From: a virus
DNA: 64,000 nucleotides
Reading direction: 5' to 3' (one strand)
Virus record (IMG/VR): IMGVR_UViG_3300007863_000001
Span: 1 to 64,000 of that record
The stretch's first letter is position 1, and every line of letters starts with the position of its first letter. Position numbers and translations under genes: made by a program. Below the pieces are notes generated by a model. That model had not been told where the DNA came from. It searched no databases and saw only the letters and a list, made by a program, of their open reading frames with translations. Of this stretch, positions 18,150 to 27,528 are shown in pieces.

Positions 18150-19720
18150 TGGCAGATTTTAGTTTTTCTGGGTTAGATGGTGCAGTTGCAGCAGGATTAA
18201 CCACTAAAATTCAAAGTGAAGAAATAAGTTTTGATGGTGCGAGTTTAGATAATGTTGTACTTAATATTGATGGAGTATATGGACCAATTGGTAGTGCAGT
18301 AACTTTTATTCCCGATCAAGGTTCATCAAGAACTGATTTTAATTTATCCAATGTTGTTCGTGAAGAAGTTGATTTTATACCAACATTAGTTTTTAATGGA
18401 AATACTTCAAGTGGTATTGAAACATCATCAACTTCAATTGTTGAAGAAGGTTTGGTGTTGTATTTAGAATCTACGAATTCCTCTTCTTACGGTGGTGCTG
18501 GCAATACTTGGACAGATATAAGTGGACGTGGAAATGATGCAACATTAATTGGGAATTATTCTTTCGCAAATTCCCAAATGATTTTTACCGATAATGGGTA
18601 TGCAAGAATTCCAATAGATCCAGATTTTGATTTAATTGGTGATTTTGCATTTGAAACTGTTGTTTATATGACAGGAACTCCAGATTCAACATATCCATCT
18701 GGGTTAATTTCATGTTGGTCTGAACTAGACGATGGAAATAGAAATAATTTTCTTCTTGCGGTTAATAGTTCAAGACAAGTTTTTGTTCAAATGAATAATA
18801 ATTCATTGTTATTAACACATCCAACTCCTCTTGATTTAAATCGTTGGCATCATATTGTATTTACTAGAAGAGGTTCTACAGTAGAATTATATATTGATAG
18901 TGTAAAACACTCTTTAGGGACAACATCATATTCTGATAATGTCTTGATGAGACGTGACCATCTAGAAATTGGAAGATATTCTGCATCTTCTGGTCAATCG
19001 TTTGAGGGTTCTATCCCAGTCGTAAGGATTTACACTGGAAGAGGATTATCATCTCAGGAAATATATGAAAACTCTAGAACTATTCCATATTACCCAAACA
19101 AAAGGTTGAATTTAACTGACGGCAAATTTACTATTGAAACTTTGCTTTATTGGTCTGGTTTATCACCTAGTGATGTTGCTGGAATAATTCTTGCACAAGA
19201 TCCTAGTGATGGGATAAATCCAATGAATTTTAGATTTAGGATAAGAGATAGTTTAAAAAGGGCGCAGTTCCAGTATCAAACTACAGCATCAAGATCCAGT
19301 ACACAGACATTGCACTCTGGAAGTGTTCAATTAGTAGCAAACTCATGGAATCACATTGCTGTTACTTATGATACCGTCACTCTAAGAATGTATATTAATG
19401 GTGTATTAGTTTCTTCTGCAGTAAGAACATTATACACAACTGAGGGTGTGTCAACTACAATTGGAGACTCTATAGATAATGATGAGCACCTATATGGAAA
19501 AGTTTCATATATACGTGCATATAAAGATAGGTGTTTTGATGATTATGAAGTCTTCTCTAATGCTAATAAATTATATGTAAGAGACTCAGTAGAATCAGAA
19601 GGTACAGTTAGTGTTGGTGTGGCAACAGACCTTGGTGTCACGGGAGCAATTCCTGGATACCTGACAGGTAGAAGACCAATAACAGGTTTAGTATTTCCTC
19701 GTGGTGTTTACAACAAGTAA
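18149..19720 (+). CDS. LamG/concanavalin-A-like lectin domain virion protein (two LamG domains)
   Basis: GLVLYL...SY.G.GNTWTDISG.GN; WHHIVFTR...LYID; WNHIAVTYD...MYING. Confidence 0.8.
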   Translation: MADFSFSGLDGAVAAGLTTKIQSEEISFDGASLDNVVLNIDGVYGPIGSAVTFIPDQGSSRTDFNLSNVVREEVDFIPTLVFNGNTSSGIETSSTSIVEEGLVLYLESTNSSSYGGAGNTWTDISGRGNDATLIGNYSFANSQMIFTDNGYARIPIDPDFDLIGDFAFETVVYMTGTPDSTYPSGLISCWSELDDGNRNNFLLAVNSSRQVFVQMNNNSLLLTHPTPLDLNRWHHIVFTRRGSTVELYIDSVKHSLGTTSYSDNVLMRRDHLEIGRYSASSGQSFEGSIPVVRIYTGRGLSSQEIYENSRTIPYYPNKRLNLTDGKFTIETLLYWSGLSPSDVAGIILAQDPSDGINPMNFRFRIRDSLKRAQFQYQTTASRSSTQTLHSGSVQLVANSWNHIAVTYDTVTLRMYINGVLVSSAVRTLYTTEGVSTTIGDSIDNDEHLYGKVSYIRAYKDRCFDDYEVFSNANKLYVRDSVESEGTVSVGVATDLGVTGAIPGYLTGRRPITGLVFPRGVYNK

Positions 19721-19733
19721 TAAGTAATAAGAA

Positions 19734-22700
19734 ATGACAACTAGAGTAATTCCAGGTTCAGGTGCAGTATTTACACCAAATTTTGATGCTGAATATCGTG
19801 TTACATCATTTACGATACTTGATGGTGGTACTGGATATGCGAGTACAGACCCTCCTAAAATTGAAATATTAGGAACTAGAACTCCACTTGAGGAGGGTTC
19901 TTTTTATCCAATTATTGCTAATGGTAAGATTACTCAAATTGCTATATTGAATTCTGGAAGAGGATATTTTCCAGTTGAGGGGACATCAGATACAAAAGTT
20001 GGAATTGTTACTACAGAATATGTTGAAAGTTCATTAAAAGTAACTAAATTCGATTCAAATAATAATCCTTATGTCTCAGTTGCATCAACTGAGTCTCATG
20101 TTGTAATGCATGTTACTTCAGGAAAAGGAAGTGCTATTTTTGAGAATGGATATAATCGTACTATTGATCAATCTGGATATTCTGGAGTAACTGCTCCAAT
20201 AACACCAAATTATTCTGGGCAACAAAATAGATTTTGGGGATTTTTCAATCCATTCCCATCTTACTTCACAACTGGTCTTGGCACTGACGCAAAATTCAAT
20301 GCATTCATTGTTTATGATTCCTTTACTGGTGATGCAATATCAACTTCATTAGTATTAAGGTCTGGTGGTCAAAAATATTCAATTGGAGATCAAGTTTCAA
20401 TATCTGGAACATATTTTGGTGGTAACACTCCAGCAAATGATATATCATTTACAGTTTCAACTACAACTAACACAAGAATTGGTTCTGAAGCAAATAATAG
20501 TTATGTTGGAGTTCCTGGTGAAACAATATCAGGAATTGGTTCTGGTGTAATTTTAACTCTCACAAGAGACCAATTGGGTGATATTGATGAAATAGAAGTC
20601 ACCAATGGTGGTGCTGGTTATGCATTAACAAGCACCATTGGTGTTTCTGGAACTTTCATCGGTGGTTCTACACCAGGAGATGATTTAAAGTTATCTCCAG
20701 AAGTTTTGGGTGCAAATACACTACCACCAGTCTCTTACATCCAGAAGACCGATGATAATGGATTTAGAGTTAGTGGATTATCAACTACTTCTCCATTTAT
20801 AACATTAAGAAGTTATGGTATTGGAACTCATTCATTTAATTTCGAGAATCCAAATGCAAGTTCAATTATTCTAATTGATAATATTATTCAAAGTGCTCTA
20901 TACAGAAGAGATTTAAATAGAACACTAACACAGCCAATTGGCATTAAAACAACAACTATACATTTAAGTGGAATCACCTCAATAACCTCTTTAGATACAA
21001 TTCAAGTTGATTCTGAATACTTTGATGTTAAGGATGTCGGATTAAATGGTCCTAATACAGTTGAAGTTGTTAGGGGTACGATGGGTTCCGAGGTTGGTTA
21101 CCACACGGTTGGAGCAGCAGTTACTGTCCTTAGAGGAGACTTTAACATCATTAGGGATGAGATTAATTTTAAATCTGCACCTTTTGGTCCTATTGGACCA
21201 GATGGATTAGAAATTAACTCATCCTTTAATGGAAGAATGTTCTCAAGACAAGTTGATTATGGAAATCAACCAAATGATAAAAACGTTGTATTTGATGATA
21301 TTAGCACAAAGTTTGTTGGGGCATCATCAACAGAGTTTTTCCTAGAAAGTAATACTCAACCACTGGTTGGCATTTTTACTGATACATCGGCAGTTTTAGT
21401 TGGTGGTATTGATGTAAACTTAAATCCATTAGTTCTCATCAATAATGTATCACAGATTTCAGGAACAGATTTTGATATTGATAACGATAGACTACAATTA
21501 GAAAAAGGAAATAGAATCAAATTTTTAACAGGAACTCCAGGTGCTGGAAAAATTTCAAGAACAACCAATAACAGTGGATTGGGATATCAGAGACTTGTTG
21601 GAGCAGGTGGAACAATAGTAGTTGGAGCAGGTGGAACTATTGTTAGTATTGATATACAACAATTTGGTAGTGGGTATAGAACAGCACCAGAAGTTCAAGT
21701 TATATCAAATGTTGGTAGTGGAGCATCATTAGTTGCAAATATTGGTGCAGGTGGAGTTATTACCTCTATTGATATAATTGAATCTGGAACTGGTTATGTT
21801 GAACCAAGATTAAAAGTCGATATTCCTATTAATTATAGTGATATAGAACTTGAGTATGCAACATCACCACCAGGTGAGGGAATTGGTGCAAGAGCATCTG
21901 TTGTAGTTGGAAATAGGGGAGATATTATTGGTTTTGAAATGGAAGAACCTGGAATATATTATAAGATTGGAGATAGATTGAAGTTCCCAATAACAGAATT
22001 ACTACCAAGTACAGGTATATCCACAGTAAATGTTATTGCTCTTTCTTATGAAAATACTACAGGTCTTACCACAGTATTCACAGATACTGCACATGGATTA
22101 ATGCCAGATGACTATGTGAGGTTGTCAGGAGTTGCAATGACTTGCGAATCTTGGACAGGATTTACAACATTTACAATCAACAGCTTCAATTATGAACCGT
22201 CTGCTGGTATTTGCACTATAACAACCGAAATACCTCATGGATTACCAGAGGGTGACTATATTCAGTTGGAGGAAATTAATTTAACGTGTATATCTGAGTA
22301 TACTGGTATTACTTCAACTGTTTTCCCATATCCAGCAGGAATTAACACCTTTGGTAATACATACCCACAAAGTAGTCCAAATACTCTTGGTGGAACATAT
22401 AATGTATTCAGATCTATAGCAGGTACATCAGGGACAACTATCGTTTTCAATGCTGGTGTTTCTACCATAACTCATCTTTATGATCCAGGTAGTTTTATTC
22501 AAAATGTAACACCAACAGATGCTTATTATGACCCACTAAGTGGTGAATTTACAGTCACTTCTGTTGGGCATACAGTGACTACTAATAATAGAATTCAACT
22601 GTTGGAGGGTGGATTTGCATTCACATGTTCGATGGATAATAATGTCACTGAGCATTATTTACCAGAAAGTGATCACTTCGCAATAGGAAGATTGCTTCAG

Positions 22701-25700
22701 GTAACTGGAGTAACCACAGATACTTTCACAGCATATGTTGGTGCTGCTGGTCCAGGAGATTTTTATACCCCATCAAATGCCTCATACAATACAAGTACTG
22801 GAGATATTACTCTCACATTAGGAAATCATAATGTTTCAATTGGTGATACTATCTTTATACGTGATAGTGCTTTGACATTTACTTGTGATATGGATTCCAA
22901 CCAGGCACAAAAAACTTATCCCCGTCCTGGAATTGATCCATATGCAAACAAAGGAATCGAAGTTACAGGAGTTGCGGGAACAACAGTAACAATAAATGTT
23001 GGATCTGCAGGAACGGATAGATTCTATACACCTTCTGATGCTGATTATAATCCAGTAACAGGTGATTTAACTGTTACTGTAGGACAACATGGACTAGGTG
23101 TTGGTAGAAATGTAGTTCTTGCAGATAATTCGTTTACATTTACATGTGCGTTAGATGGACATGGAACACAACACAATTATCCCCGTCCTGGTATTGATCC
23201 CTATGCAGGAAAATCAATACCAATTACGAATGTTGGATTAACAACTCATACAGTAACTAATGCGGTTTATAATGCAACTGTAGGTGTTGTTTCTTTCACC
23301 GTTCCAAATCACGGATTTAGTAATAGTGATTATGTAAAAGTAGATGATAATTCACTACTGTTTACATGTGATCTTGATGGAAATACAGCAATTAAGGCAT
23401 ATCCAAGACCAAATTATGATTTCCCAAGTGGTAGATGGATGATTATCAGTAATTCAACAACTGATACTTTTGAAATTAATGTAGGACCATCAACATATAC
23501 AGGTAATCATACATTTGTGAGTGCCGATCCTTACAGTCTCGAAAGGCAAGATGGAACATTTACAATTAATGTGGGTACAGGGGGGACAGATACTAGTGAA
23601 CATACTTTCGTTACTGCTTCATTAAATGCAATTGAATATACCCCACAATCTACACATACATTTGTAAGTGCATTAACAAACTCAATAGCAAGAAATCCAG
23701 AAAGATATTTCACCCCATCTGATGCAACTTATAATCCAATTTCTGGTGATGTAGTTTTAACAATTGGAGAGCATCCATTTACAAAAGGTGAAGGAATTGT
23801 ATTAAGACCAAATTCATTATCATTTACTTGTGATATGGACAATAATCAGTCCGTTAAATCATATCCACGTCCTGGTATCGACCCATATGCAGCAAGATCA
23901 ATTCCAGTTAAAGATTTTACATCAACAACAATTACTTTAAATGTTGGTGTTTCTGGACCAAACAGATATTATACTCCAACAGATGCAAACTACAATCCAT
24001 CTACTGGTAATTTAACTGTCACTGTAGGTCAACACGGATTAGGTGTAGGAAGAAATGTTGTTTTAGATGACAATTCATTCACATTTACTTGTGATTTAGA
24101 TGGTAATTCTACACAACATACTTACCCACGTCCTGGAAGTGATCCTTATGCAGGACGTTCTATAGAAATTATACAAGTAGGTCTAACTACACACACTGCG
24201 ACTGATGCACCTTACAATGCAGTAACTGGAGTTGTTACACTAGAAGTTACTGGTCATGGATTTAGTAATGGTGATTATGTATTAATTGAAGATAATTCAT
24301 TGAGATATTCTTGTGATTTAGATGGTCATTCTCAATGGAAATATTACCCAAGACCAAATTATGATTACCCAAGTGGAAGATGGTTAGCAATTTCAAATGT
24401 AACCACTGACACTTTCGATATTAATGTTGGTGAATCAAGTTATACAGGAATTCATACATTCATAAGTGCAACTACTGATGGAATTAAGAGACAGGATGGA
24501 ACATTTATAATGTATGTTGGTACTGGTGGAACAGACACTAGTAATCATACATTTGTAAGTGCATCTACAAATGCTATTAAGCATGAACCACAGTCAAATC
24601 ATACTTTTATTGCTGGAATTCCATATTCAGTAAGACAAGATATACAAGCACCTCATACTTTTGTCAGGTCTTCAGATGATGCTATTTCTGTCTATAGTTA
24701 TAATGGAACTGCAACAATAGGTATTACTTCAACTGTTTTCCCATATCCAGGAGCAAGTTACAACACTGTTGGTGATACATTCGATGTATTCACTGCACTA
24801 GAAGGAACAGAAGGGACAACTGTCGTATTAAATGCTGGAATTTCAACTATTGCACATACCTATGACTTTGGTGGAACAATAACAAATACACCTTTCACTG
24901 AATTTGAAGTAGTTGTTGATGAATCAATGACTGATAAGTTTAGTGGTTTCTATCCAGGTCAGTTTATACAATTTGATGATGTCTCAAGATTATTCAACGG
25001 AAGAAAAAGAAAATTCACTTTAACAGTTACTGAAGGAAATGAAACCAAAATCTTAAGTTTAAAGACTAAAAAAGAATCTGATATGAGAATGGAAAACAAT
25101 TTATTCGTTTTCGTTAATGATGTATTGCAGCAACCATATTATTCATACATTTGGAATGGTTCTAGAATTGTATTTAAAGAGGCACCTTTAAGAAATTCCA
25201 AATGTACTATATTATTCTTCAGAGGTTCTGATTTAGATGTTATTCAGATAGATCCACCAGAAACAATCAAAGAGGGTGATGTTGTTCAGATTGGTGAGAA
25301 TAAATTTGACCCAATTGATAGAGAACAGTTTGAGAGAGTTGTTAAGAAAATTATTTCTACAGATACCTTAGATACATTTACTTATGATAGTCTTGGAATT
25401 AATACCGATCCAAATAAAGAAAGACCAGTAAGATGGGAAAAACAAACCCAAGATAAAATTATTAATGGTGTCTTGTATTCTAAAGCAAGACCAAGTTTAC
25501 GTTCTAGAGTTGCTCCAATTACTAGACTCATTAAATCAGTTGAAGAAGATGATATTGAAATCTACGTAAATAATGCTTTTCCATTATTTACTGATGTTGA
25601 TAAATTACAGGAAAGTTTGAGAAATATAAAAATTGTTGATGACGGAGAAATAGAACCAGCAATAGTTCAATCAACAGTTTCAACAACATCTTCAATAGAA

Positions 25701-27494
25701 TCATTAACAATTGTTGATGGTGGGTCTGGTTTTGACACTATAGTAAATCCAACTGTAGCAATTTCCTCTGCATTTATTGATAAAAAAGACCCAATTTATA
25801 ATTGGACTGGTGCATCTGGTATCTCAAGTATCTTTAACTTCACAAGTGTCTTAATTTCATCTCCAATAGTTGCAGTTGGATCTAGTAATCTATTGGGAAT
25901 TTCAACAGATGGAACAAATTGGCAAGAAAGTACTATTGGATATGGAAGTACTGATGTCATAGATTTTAACTCTATTGCATTTGCACCACAAGACAATTTT
26001 GTTGCAGTTGGAAGCACTGGAACTATAGTTAAAGGTTCTGGTATTGGTGGAACTTCAATGACCTGGAGTGAACTGACTAAGTTCAAAGAAACATTCTTTA
26101 TTGGTTCACCTATTCCAACTTTATCTGCAAGTAACTATGATGATGCACTTAATGAGATAATTTATCACCCACAAAAAGATACATGGATTGCTGTTGGTGA
26201 TAATCGTGGTGTGTTTAAAGCAGTAGGAATTGGGACAACAACTTTCTATGAAAAGACACCACCAACTTTAGGTAATCTCAATAGTGTAGCATTTAATTCA
26301 ACTACGATTGTAGCAGTTGGAGATGGAGCAAATATAGCTTATTCAAATGATGGTAATATTTGGTCTCAATCTTTTGGCATTCCTTCGACAAGAGATTTAG
26401 AATCTGTAATATGGACTGGAACTACTTTTATTGCTGTAGGAAATCAAGGTACAATATTAACATCTGATAACGGGTCTACTAATTGGATAAAAATTACTCC
26501 AAATATATCCTTCAATTTTACTAAGATAAGGTATGAATATGGTTTATTTGTTGCTTTAAATGACTCTGGTCAATTATATTACTCAATGAATTTAGAAACC
26601 TGGGTGTTCAGAGAGACAAATTCTTTATATCAATTAAATGATTTAAGATTTATACCCACACCTCCACCAGTAGAGCAGAGAGATCCAAATGTTCCTGTAA
26701 TTACAGATGAAGGTAGATTTGTTGCTGTAGGTTCAGCAGGAACTGCTATCTATGCCGAACCAATCTTCAATAGAGCAACAGGAATTTCTACAGTAACAAA
26801 TGGTTCCGTATCTTCAGTTACAATTACAAATCCTGGATTTGGTTATCAGTATAATATTGCACCTCCAGTCATAATTGAATCCGATACAATTCAGTCTGAG
26901 CAAATCAGGTCAATAAAAGTTGTTGGTGACTTTGGACTTATTAAAAATGTTTCTGTTGGAAATTCCTTTATTAATTTCGAGTTAGAATCTGAGAGATATG
27001 ATAATACTACTCTAGGTATTGGTTATTCATCACTAAATACCTATGGTGTAAACTTTAGTGAACTTGAAGTTGGTGATTACTTTGTAATTACTGAAAGTAA
27101 TACCGTTGTTGGTCAAGCACTTACTGGAATTACTACTTACAGTGGTGGATTAAATAATTATCCAGATTCTAAAGTTGGAACTGCACAATCTGGTGGTTCT
27201 ATCAATGGCATATACAGAGCAGAACGTGTTTCTCCACCACCAAGTGGTGTTGGGATTGTTACAGTAAGATGCATGTTTGCATATGGTTCGGATTATGCAG
27301 AGCAACCTATAACAGCATTTGTAGATACCACTGCAAATACTAATGGAACTCATGGAAGATACTCTTGGGGTAAAATATATGATTATCAGAATAGAAGAGC
27401 ATTTACACCAAAGGAATTTGTTGTAAATACAGATAATGGTACTGTTGGTTTATCTACTGCACCACAAGTGTATAGAACCCGTACTATAAAATAG
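19734..27494 (+). CDS. Giant baseplate-associated virion protein (gp7 C-terminal-like) with a nested Cys/His domain array and a beta-propeller
   Basis: G.GY repeats; FDDIS..F.G modules; nine 'Y..TG..T...H...TC...YP...HT[FY]' domains at about 22020-24885; VAVG..G.I..S.DG..W blades at about 25800-26760; C-terminal G.YSWGKI; directly upstream of gp8. Confidence 0.75.
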   Translation: MTTRVIPGSGAVFTPNFDAEYRVTSFTILDGGTGYASTDPPKIEILGTRTPLEEGSFYPIIANGKITQIAILNSGRGYFPVEGTSDTKVGIVTTEYVESSLKVTKFDSNNNPYVSVASTESHVVMHVTSGKGSAIFENGYNRTIDQSGYSGVTAPITPNYSGQQNRFWGFFNPFPSYFTTGLGTDAKFNAFIVYDSFTGDAISTSLVLRSGGQKYSIGDQVSISGTYFGGNTPANDISFTVSTTTNTRIGSEANNSYVGVPGETISGIGSGVILTLTRDQLGDIDEIEVTNGGAGYALTSTIGVSGTFIGGSTPGDDLKLSPEVLGANTLPPVSYIQKTDDNGFRVSGLSTTSPFITLRSYGIGTHSFNFENPNASSIILIDNIIQSALYRRDLNRTLTQPIGIKTTTIHLSGITSITSLDTIQVDSEYFDVKDVGLNGPNTVEVVRGTMGSEVGYHTVGAAVTVLRGDFNIIRDEINFKSAPFGPIGPDGLEINSSFNGRMFSRQVDYGNQPNDKNVVFDDISTKFVGASSTEFFLESNTQPLVGIFTDTSAVLVGGIDVNLNPLVLINNVSQISGTDFDIDNDRLQLEKGNRIKFLTGTPGAGKISRTTNNSGLGYQRLVGAGGTIVVGAGGTIVSIDIQQFGSGYRTAPEVQVISNVGSGASLVANIGAGGVITSIDIIESGTGYVEPRLKVDIPINYSDIELEYATSPPGEGIGARASVVVGNRGDIIGFEMEEPGIYYKIGDRLKFPITELLPSTGISTVNVIALSYENTTGLTTVFTDTAHGLMPDDYVRLSGVAMTCESWTGFTTFTINSFNYEPSAGICTITTEIPHGLPEGDYIQLEEINLTCISEYTGITSTVFPYPAGINTFGNTYPQSSPNTLGGTYNVFRSIAGTSGTTIVFNAGVSTITHLYDPGSFIQNVTPTDAYYDPLSGEFTVTSVGHTVTTNNRIQLLEGGFAFTCSMDNNVTEHYLPESDHFAIGRLLQVTGVTTDTFTAYVGAAGPGDFYTPSNASYNTSTGDITLTLGNHNVSIGDTIFIRDSALTFTCDMDSNQAQKTYPRPGIDPYANKGIEVTGVAGTTVTINVGSAGTDRFYTPSDADYNPVTGDLTVTVGQHGLGVGRNVVLADNSFTFTCALDGHGTQHNYPRPGIDPYAGKSIPITNVGLTTHTVTNAVYNATVGVVSFTVPNHGFSNSDYVKVDDNSLLFTCDLDGNTAIKAYPRPNYDFPSGRWMIISNSTTDTFEINVGPSTYTGNHTFVSADPYSLERQDGTFTINVGTGGTDTSEHTFVTASLNAIEYTPQSTHTFVSALTNSIARNPERYFTPSDATYNPISGDVVLTIGEHPFTKGEGIVLRPNSLSFTCDMDNNQSVKSYPRPGIDPYAARSIPVKDFTSTTITLNVGVSGPNRYYTPTDANYNPSTGNLTVTVGQHGLGVGRNVVLDDNSFTFTCDLDGNSTQHTYPRPGSDPYAGRSIEIIQVGLTTHTATDAPYNAVTGVVTLEVTGHGFSNGDYVLIEDNSLRYSCDLDGHSQWKYYPRPNYDYPSGRWLAISNVTTDTFDINVGESSYTGIHTFISATTDGIKRQDGTFIMYVGTGGTDTSNHTFVSASTNAIKHEPQSNHTFIAGIPYSVRQDIQAPHTFVRSSDDAISVYSYNGTATIGITSTVFPYPGASYNTVGDTFDVFTALEGTEGTTVVLNAGISTIAHTYDFGGTITNTPFTEFEVVVDESMTDKFSGFYPGQFIQFDDVSRLFNGRKRKFTLTVTEGNETKILSLKTKKESDMRMENNLFVFVNDVLQQPYYSYIWNGSRIVFKEAPLRNSKCTILFFRGSDLDVIQIDPPETIKEGDVVQIGENKFDPIDREQFERVVKKIISTDTLDTFTYDSLGINTDPNKERPVRWEKQTQDKIINGVLYSKARPSLRSRVAPITRLIKSVEEDDIEIYVNNAFPLFTDVDKLQESLRNIKIVDDGEIEPAIVQSTVSTTSSIESLTIVDGGSGFDTIVNPTVAISSAFIDKKDPIYNWTGASGISSIFNFTSVLISSPIVAVGSSNLLGISTDGTNWQESTIGYGSTDVIDFNSIAFAPQDNFVAVGSTGTIVKGSGIGGTSMTWSELTKFKETFFIGSPIPTLSASNYDDALNEIIYHPQKDTWIAVGDNRGVFKAVGIGTTTFYEKTPPTLGNLNSVAFNSTTIVAVGDGANIAYSNDGNIWSQSFGIPSTRDLESVIWTGTTFIAVGNQGTILTSDNGSTNWIKITPNISFNFTKIRYEYGLFVALNDSGQLYYSMNLETWVFRETNSLYQLNDLRFIPTPPPVEQRDPNVPVITDEGRFVAVGSAGTAIYAEPIFNRATGISTVTNGSVSSVTITNPGFGYQYNIAPPVIIESDTIQSEQIRSIKVVGDFGLIKNVSVGNSFINFELESERYDNTTLGIGYSSLNTYGVNFSELEVGDYFVITESNTVVGQALTGITTYSGGLNNYPDSKVGTAQSGGSINGIYRAERVSPPPSGVGIVTVRCMFAYGSDYAEQPITAFVDTTANTNGTHGRYSWGKIYDYQNRRAFTPKEFVVNTDNGTVGLSTAPQVYRTRTIK
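22752..24641 (+). repeat. Tandem duplication of a 945-nt (315-aa) three-domain arm
   Basis: 22752-23696 (PGDFYTP...SIARN) and 23697-24641 (PERYFTP...VRQD) are equal in length with matching motif order; a third copy lies at about 55046-55978. Confidence 0.88.
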
Positions 27495-27495
27495 C

Positions 27496-27503
27496 AATAA
27501 ATA
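27496..27503 (+). promoter_or_regulatory. T4-type late promoter for gp8
   Basis: AATAAATA in the intergenic gap. Confidence 0.6.
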
Positions 27504-27528
27504 AAGAAAAAAGTATTGTAGTATAAAA

